A program made the position numbers and the translations under genes. 10,718 bases of DNA, from IMG/VR virus record IMGVR_UViG_2541047968_000015, positions 1-10,718 of that record; one strand, given 5' to 3'. Shown here in pieces: positions 6,260 through 10,718 of the stretch. Each line of letters starts with the position of its first letter. Within the stretch, counting starts at the first letter, position 1. The notes under the pieces were generated by a model. It did not search any database. It had not been told where the DNA came from and worked only from the letters and a program-made list of their open reading frames with translations. Origin of the DNA: a virus. Taxonomy: Duplodnaviria; Heunggongvirae; Uroviricota; Caudoviricetes.

Positions 6260-6301
6260 CAAAATTCAGAGCGGTGCAGCGCATATAACGTGGAGAACAA
6301 A

Positions 6302-6838
6302 ATGTCATTTATTAAAACTTTTTCCGGGAAGCATTTTTATTATGACAAGATAAATAAAGACGACATCGTGATTAACGATATCGCGGTTTCCCTTTCAAAT
6401 ATCTGCCGCTTTGCCGGTCATCTTTCTCACTTCTACAGTGTCGCCCAACATGCGGTGCTTTGCAGCCAGCTGGTGCCGCAGGAATTTGCTTTTGAAGCGT
6501 TAATGCATGATGCAACAGAAGCGTATTGCCAGGATATTCCCGCTCCACTGAAACGCCTTCTTCCTGACTATAAACGGATGGAAGAAAAAATAGACGCCGT
6601 AATCCGTGAGAAATACGGGTTACCCCCGGTTATGAGCACGCCTGTGAAATATGCCGATCTCATCATGCTGGCAACCGAACGCCGCGATCTCGGGCTTGAT
6701 GATGGCTCTTTCTGGCCAGTACTGGAAGGTATCCCGGCAACAGAAATGTTCAAAGTTATTCCACTGGCTCCGAGCCATGCCTACGGGATGTTTATGGAGC
6801 GCTTTAACGAGTTATCGGAGTTACGCACATGCGCATGA
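6302..6838 (+). CDS. HD-domain phosphohydrolase (YfbR-like 5'-nucleotidase fold), 178 aa
   Basis: ATG at 6302 preceded by GGAGA. Metal-binding HD signature: H in VAQHAV, HD in EALMHDATEAY, and downstream D in ADLIMLATERRD. The track's longer start at 6233 lies inside the inverted repeat and is rejected. Confidence 0.75.
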   Translation: MSFIKTFSGKHFYYDKINKDDIVINDIAVSLSNICRFAGHLSHFYSVAQHAVLCSQLVPQEFAFEALMHDATEAYCQDIPAPLKRLLPDYKRMEEKIDAVIREKYGLPPVMSTPVKYADLIMLATERRDLGLDDGSFWPVLEGIPATEMFKVIPLAPSHAYGMFMERFNELSELRTCA

Positions 6839-7440
6839 ATGTTTTCGAAATGGAAGGGTTTCTTCGCGGGAAATGTGTACCACGAGATCTGAAAGTGAAT
6901 GAAACAAATGCTGAATATCTGGTGCGTAAATTTGCTGAAGCGGAGGCCAAGATTTTGGCTCTGTCCGAAGACCAACAGAAATCGATTGAGTCAATTAAGC
7001 AGGCTGATGCAGCTGTTAAGTTGGCACACGAGAAGTTTTCGGCGCTGGCGGCGGAGAATGCGGGGCTGAAACACGCAATGGCCGTAACTCTTGAGCATGT
7101 GTCGGTCACGGATGCAGGGCAGGCTGGTGTTGCTGCAATGATTATCAACGATGCCCTGCACCACAGCGAAACTCCAGCCACCGATGCTTTCCTGGCTGAA
7201 ATTCGTGCGGAAGCACGCAACGAGGGGATTAACTATACCGCAAGCCGTCTTGCTGCTGCTTTCAATCACGGATTTATCAATAAGTCTTTACGTGAAGTTT
7301 TCGACGTTACACGCATGATTCTGTCAGCGAAAGAAGAGTTGGCTAATGAACCACACCCGATTGATGGCCTGTCCGGTGAATATGCGGAGAAATCCCTAGA
7401 AGAATGGGCGGAACAGATTCGCAAAGGAGGCAACCAGTGA
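6829..7440 (+). CDS. Hypothetical coiled-coil protein of the Ea22-like accessory region (203 aa)
   Basis: ATG at 6829 with GGAG 8 nt upstream, overlapping the HD gene stop. Ala/Glu/Lys-rich heptad-like N-terminal half. Family uncertain. Confidence 0.65.
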   Translation: MRMNVFEMEGFLRGKCVPRDLKVNETNAEYLVRKFAEAEAKILALSEDQQKSIESIKQADAAVKLAHEKFSALAAENAGLKHAMAVTLEHVSVTDAGQAGVAAMIINDALHHSETPATDAFLAEIRAEARNEGINYTASRLAAAFNHGFINKSLREVFDVTRMILSAKEELANEPHPIDGLSGEYAEKSLEEWAEQIRKGGNQ

Positions 7441-7661
7441 GCGGAAAAAGAATGACTAACAGAGAGCTTGTCGATGCCGCGATTAAGCTTGCTGGTGATT
7501 TTTATTCAATGATGGGGTACACGCATCGCCCAGGCTTCAAATATTGGGAGTCTCCTCACCCGCAAGAGCAACTGGTATTTCAAATGGCCTGCCGTGCTTT
7601 TGAGGTTATTTGCGGTTCTGATGTGATGGACGCCGTTGCCGACTTGGAGGATGAAGAGTGA
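7437..7661 (+). CDS. Hypothetical small protein (74 aa, GTG start)
   Basis: GTG at 7437 overlaps the upstream TGA (GTGA) with GGAGG 6 nt upstream. The track's longer 7404 start lacks an RBS. An in-frame ATG at 7452 is an alternative start. Confidence 0.6.
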   Translation: MSGKRMTNRELVDAAIKLAGDFYSMMGYTHRPGFKYWESPHPQEQLVFQMACRAFEVICGSDVMDAVADLEDEE

Positions 7662-8023
7662 GCGAGATTAACTATCAGGCACTGCGTGAGGCAGCAGTAG
7701 CAATTGAAACAGTGGCAACGCCTCAAAAATTGCAGGCGTTTCGGATGAAGGTCACACCGTCGGTGGTACTGGCGCTGCTGGATGAAATTAAGCGCCTGGA
7801 GGACACAAATATTGATGCTATGTGCCGAATTGCAGAACTGGAAGCGAGGGAAGTCGAGTTACCGGATGGCTACGAACCCCGTATGGGCCACCCAATAAAT
7901 AGCGGTGAGCGGGTGGTAATGATGCCGCACCACTTTGGTGGATGGCTGGACCGCTTCGACGTCGAGCACGCATTGCAGGCAGCGGGGATCAAATTCAAAA
8001 CAGCGGGGGTTGAGTACGAATGA
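7658..8023 (+). CDS. Ead/Ea22-like protein (121 aa)
   Basis: GTG start overlapping the upstream stop (GTGA) with GGAGG 7 nt upstream. The N-terminal motif INYQALREAA resembles the conserved start of Ead/Ea22-like proteins as I recall them. Confidence 0.6.
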   Translation: MSEINYQALREAAVAIETVATPQKLQAFRMKVTPSVVLALLDEIKRLEDTNIDAMCRIAELEAREVELPDGYEPRMGHPINSGERVVMMPHHFGGWLDRFDVEHALQAAGIKFKTAGVEYE

Positions 8024-8253
8024 TTGAGGGTATTAGCAATAAATCGTTGAACACAGCATGTGTCGACGGTGGGTTGTTGTACAAAGTGACGTTTACGCAA
8101 ATCGACAACGAAGATAACGCATTCACTGTGATTTACACGTCGCCAGCGATGGCGCAGAAGTGGGTGGATCTGCACAGGCTATGTGGTTTTCGTGTTGAGT
8201 GGGGGTGCTATGAGATGCGATGCAGATGGCATCATCGGGGGGATGAAAAATGA
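8020..8253 (+). CDS. Hypothetical small protein (77 aa)
   Basis: ATG overlaps the upstream stop (ATGA); G-rich stretch upstream. No family recognised. Confidence 0.55.
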   Translation: MIEGISNKSLNTACVDGGLLYKVTFTQIDNEDNAFTVIYTSPAMAQKWVDLHRLCGFRVEWGCYEMRCRWHHRGDEK

Positions 8254-8627
8254 GCACTACGCTTGAGCAATGGCTGGAACAGCAGCACGGCAAAATTGAT
8301 GTTGATTGCGGCTGTGTGAGCACTGAAACGCTTATGCACTGGATGCGTGTGGCGTATGAGGCTGGCAACTCTCCGGTAACTCCGGAGAGTTGGATAAGCT
8401 GTAGTGAGCGAATGCCAGAAATGGGAGAGCGACAATGCTATGTGTTAGCTGCTGACTTTAAAAACAACTACCCACCAAACATCCCCAACACTCAGGTCGG
8501 CGTATATGGCGACTGGTTTAATGATGGCAAGCCCACTTGGGATGACGGTGATGGCGAAGACCTGTATCTCAAGGAGGTAACCCACTGGATGCCGCTGCCA
8601 GAACCGCCGCAAGAGGTGAATCAATGA
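8250..8627 (+). CDS. DUF551-like phage protein (125 aa)
   Basis: ATG overlaps the upstream stop (ATGA). The C-terminal motif ...GDWFNDGKPTWDDGDGEDLYLKEVTHWMPLPEPP matches my recollection of the DUF551 signature (HWMP.P.PP). Confidence 0.65.
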   Translation: MSTTLEQWLEQQHGKIDVDCGCVSTETLMHWMRVAYEAGNSPVTPESWISCSERMPEMGERQCYVLAADFKNNYPPNIPNTQVGVYGDWFNDGKPTWDDGDGEDLYLKEVTHWMPLPEPPQEVNQ

Positions 8628-8707
8628 GCTGGCCTGATGCAATCGTAACTCTGGGGGTGGTATTCGCAGCAGCGTTTGTTGTGTTCTCGATTTGTCGATG
8701 GGGATAA
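8624..8707 (+). CDS. Candidate 27-aa single-pass hydrophobic peptide
   Basis: Hand-translated: ATG at 8624 overlaps the DUF551 gene stop (ATGA), giving MSWPDAIVTLGVVFAAAFVVFSICRWG then TAA. It exactly fills the gap before the next gene. Below the ORF-track size cutoff. Confidence 0.35.
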   Translation: MSWPDAIVTLGVVFAAAFVVFSICRWG

Positions 8708-8711
8708 CCAC

Positions 8712-8954
8712 ATGTTCGCTTTGATTCAACGCGGGCAGATATACACCGATAGTGCTGGCTACCCGATAAAAATTGTTCGCTGCATAAACAACACTGTGTT
8801 GTACAGAAGAATGGATGGGCGAACACAGTCGGTAAAAATAAACGATTTTAATGAACTGTTTGAACGGATCGATCACCAGGAATACCGACAAATTCTGGCA
8901 GAAACAGAGCAGGAAGCTCATCTGAAAAAATTACGAGCCATGAAAAGGAAGTAA
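8712..8954 (+). CDS. Hypothetical small phage protein (80 aa; possibly DUF4222-like)
   Basis: ATG at 8712 with GGGGA 7 nt upstream. The track's TTG start at 8676 overlaps the small peptide ORF and is rejected. The pattern IQRGQIYTDSAGYPIKIV...VLYRR...F resembles small DUF4222-type proteins, but this is a weak recollection. Confidence 0.55.
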   Translation: MFALIQRGQIYTDSAGYPIKIVRCINNTVLYRRMDGRTQSVKINDFNELFERIDHQEYRQILAETEQEAHLKKLRAMKRK

Positions 8955-8957
8955 ACA

Positions 8958-9104
8958 ATGAATAAAGCATTTGAACAATGGGTCCACCAGCGTTACGGCA
9001 ATCGCTATGACCTGACGCGAGATGTTGACGGTTTCTACTGTCGTGAAATTGTGAAACGAATGTTTGAAGTGTGGTGCCACTGCCGTGGGCTGAGTGTTGT
9101 GTGA
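8958..9104 (+). CDS. Candidate small Cys/His-containing protein (48 aa)
   Basis: Hand-translated: AGGAAG 8 nt upstream of ATG 8958, giving MNKAFEQWVHQRYGNRYDLTRDVDGFYCREIVKRMFEVWCHCRGLSVV then TGA at 9102-9104. It fills the gap before xis. Below the track cutoff. Confidence 0.45.
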   Translation: MNKAFEQWVHQRYGNRYDLTRDVDGFYCREIVKRMFEVWCHCRGLSVV

Positions 9105-9112
9105 GGTAATGC

Positions 9113-9349
9113 ATGGGCAATGTGATTCAACTGGCTCCCAATGAATGGGTTTGTGAAAGCGTTCTAATCGCAATTACCGGGCTCAAACCAGGCACAATTC
9201 TTCGGGCCCGGAAAGAATGCTGGATGGTTGGAAGAGAGTATATTCACGTATCACCAGACGGTAATCCAAAGCCTTCCAGTGAATGTATGTATAACAGAAA
9301 AGCAATAGGTGCCTGGGTCGCTTCAATGAAAAACAAACAACCTGGGTGA
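9113..9349 (+). CDS. xis: Excisionase-like protein (78 aa)
   Basis: Immediately upstream of the integrase. The segment ILRARKECWMVGREYIHV parallels lambda Xis VRRWVRECRIFPP..GREYLFH. GAGGT lies upstream of the ATG. Confidence 0.65.
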   Translation: MGNVIQLAPNEWVCESVLIAITGLKPGTILRARKECWMVGREYIHVSPDGNPKPSSECMYNRKAIGAWVASMKNKQPG

Positions 9350-9404
9350 TTTAATGCCATGAAGTATGTAAGCTCGTATCGCTCTTGGGCGTCTGGAGGT
9401 ATCA

Positions 9405-10718
9405 ATGGATAAAGTCAAATATCCAACAGGCGTCGAAAACCACGGCGGCACATTACGCATCTGGTTTAATTTTAAAGGTAAACGTGTCAGGGAAAATCTT
9501 GGTGTCCCTGACACTGCCAAGAACAGGAAGATCGCCGGGGAACTGCGGACATCGGTATGTTTTGCCATCCGCACAGGAAGCTTTGATTATGCTGCACAGT
9601 TCCCTGACTCCCCCAACCTTCAGGCTTTTGGGGTAAGTAAAAAAGAAATTACGGTGAAGGAACTTGAAGAAAAGTGGCTGGATCTGAAACGAATGGAAAT
9701 CTCTGCAAATGCATTCAATCGCTATGAATCCGTTGCAAGAACGATGGTTTCGAAAATTGGAGGCAGTAGACTGGTGTCATCGGTAACCAAAGAGGAATTG
9801 CTGTATATCAGGAAAGATTTGCTAACCGGGTATCAGAATTCAACGAAAAACAAAGCAGCAGCAAAAGGACGGAGCGTCGTTACTGTAAATTATTACATGA
9901 CGACAATCGCTGGAATGTTTCAGTTTGCTGCAGATCACGGTTACTTAGAAGCAAATCCCTTCCAGGGAATTAAGCCTCTTAAAAGAGCCAGGGCAGAGCC
10001 AGATCCGCTAACTCGTGACGAATTTATTCGCCTGATAGATGCTTGCCGACATCAGCAGACGAAAAACCTGTGGTCATTGGCTGTGTACACAGGAATGCGT
10101 CACGGTGAACTGGTCTCCCTGGCCTGGGAAGATATCGATCTGAAGGCAGGAACAATTACCATCAGGCGCAATTATACGAAACTTGGTGAGTTCACTCTAC
10201 CGAAAACTGAAGCAAGCACAAACAGGGTTGTGCACCTTATCCAGCCCGCTATCAGTGTCCTGAAAAATCAGGCTGAAATGACAAGACTGGGTAAGCAGTA
10301 CAACATCAAGGTGCAACTACGTGAATATGGACGTTCAGTGAACCATGAATGTACTTTCGTGTTTAACCCTCAAGTGGTTAGAAAAAGCGAACAGGTAGGT
10401 TTTGTCTACAAAGTCGATTCTGTAGGTGACTCATGGGAAACAGCCATTAAGCGTGCAGGGATCAGGCATCGAAAGGCATACCAGTCACGACACACTTATG
10501 CGTGCTGGTCATTATCTGCCGGAGCAAACCCAAGCTTCATTGCCAGCCAGATGGGCCATGCAAGTGCCCAGATGGTATTCAATGTATACGGAGCATGGAT
10601 GACTGACAGCAATGCAGAACAGATCGCAATGCTGAATCAGAAGCTGACAGATTATGTCCCAATGATGCCCCATAGTCACCAAAGTGACACCAGAGGCTTA
10701 TTAAAATCAGTAAGTTAA
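9405..10718 (+). CDS. int: Tyrosine site-specific integrase, IntR/Rac-type with N-terminal arm-binding domain (437 aa)
   Basis: GGAGGT 5 nt upstream of the ATG. N-terminus PTGVENHGGTLRIWFNFKGKRVRENLG is typical of the arm-type DNA-binding domain. C-terminal catalytic region has RHTYACWSL ... MGHASAQMVFNVYGAW with the Tyr nucleophile. The stop codon coincides with the window end. Confidence 0.9.
   Translation: MDKVKYPTGVENHGGTLRIWFNFKGKRVRENLGVPDTAKNRKIAGELRTSVCFAIRTGSFDYAAQFPDSPNLQAFGVSKKEITVKELEEKWLDLKRMEISANAFNRYESVARTMVSKIGGSRLVSSVTKEELLYIRKDLLTGYQNSTKNKAAAKGRSVVTVNYYMTTIAGMFQFAADHGYLEANPFQGIKPLKRARAEPDPLTRDEFIRLIDACRHQQTKNLWSLAVYTGMRHGELVSLAWEDIDLKAGTITIRRNYTKLGEFTLPKTEASTNRVVHLIQPAISVLKNQAEMTRLGKQYNIKVQLREYGRSVNHECTFVFNPQVVRKSEQVGFVYKVDSVGDSWETAIKRAGIRHRKAYQSRHTYACWSLSAGANPSFIASQMGHASAQMVFNVYGAWMTDSNAEQIAMLNQKLTDYVPMMPHSHQSDTRGLLKSVS

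Larger units (their letters stand above)
1..10718. mobile_element. Lambdoid (Rac-like architecture) prophage segment: immunity, replication, accessory and integration modules
   Basis: Gene content and order read from sequence: divergent HTH-S24 repressor and cro-like gene, Rha, replication initiator, excisionase-like plus tyrosine integrase at the right end. Family assignments are by recalled motifs, not database search. Confidence 0.85.

Noticed and set aside
6233-6301. Upstream ATG (6233) extension of the HD-domain ORF
   Set aside because: The ATG lies in the loop of the 6216-6259 inverted repeat with no RBS, and the extension encodes a Cys-rich tract created by the palindrome; the ATG at 6302 has a GGAGA RBS.
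6568-7269. Track ORFs 6568-6753 (-), 6651-6902 (+), 6781-6975 (-), 6804-7220 (-), 6991-7269 (-)
   Set aside because: Overlap the HD and coiled-coil genes in other frames or antisense; Ala/Ser/Arg-rich translations typical of antisense readings of GC-rich coding sequence.
7870-9636. Track ORFs 7870-8175 (-), 8123-8368 (-), 8232-8435 (-), 8445-8921 (-), 8569-8826 (-), 8848-9120 (-), 8931-9173 (-), 9323-9574 (-), 9385-9636 (+)
   Set aside because: All antisense or out of frame relative to a continuous, translationally coupled + strand gene chain ending in xis and int; none has an RBS.
1-10718. tRNA, rRNA, CRISPR array or insertion-sequence ends
   Set aside because: No tRNA-like conserved loops, no regularly spaced repeat array, and no transposase-like ORF or terminal inverted repeats of IS type were seen by eye; a covariance-model scan would be needed to exclude small RNAs.

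Overview
This window looks like the early-control, replication, accessory and integration part of a lambdoid prophage with Rac-like architecture from an enterobacterium; all calls rest on reading the sequence and recalled family signatures, with no database search run. A leftward (minus-strand) operon runs cro-like HTH -> CII/YdaT-like -> unresolved 600-bp open segment -> Rha-like regulator -> two small ORFs -> replication initiator -> a further gene truncated at the window start. It is divergent from a cI-like HTH/S24-peptidase repressor (3892-4584) that ends in a clear intrinsic terminator. A rightward operon then runs RdgC-like -> HD-domain hydrolase -> a chain of tightly coupled small Ea22-region genes -> excisionase-like -> IntR-type tyrosine integrase, which ends at the window edge, so the attachment site should lie just beyond 10718. 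The most unusual feature is a ~660-bp ORF-poor stretch (4631-5293) between the repressor terminator and the RdgC-like gene. It carries operator-like sites, a hairpin with a U-tract, and a perfect 15-bp inverted repeat with a 59-bp spacer directly upstream of the RdgC-like ribosome-binding site; this may be a cis-regulatory RNA or attenuator. No rRNA, tRNA or CRISPR array was seen.
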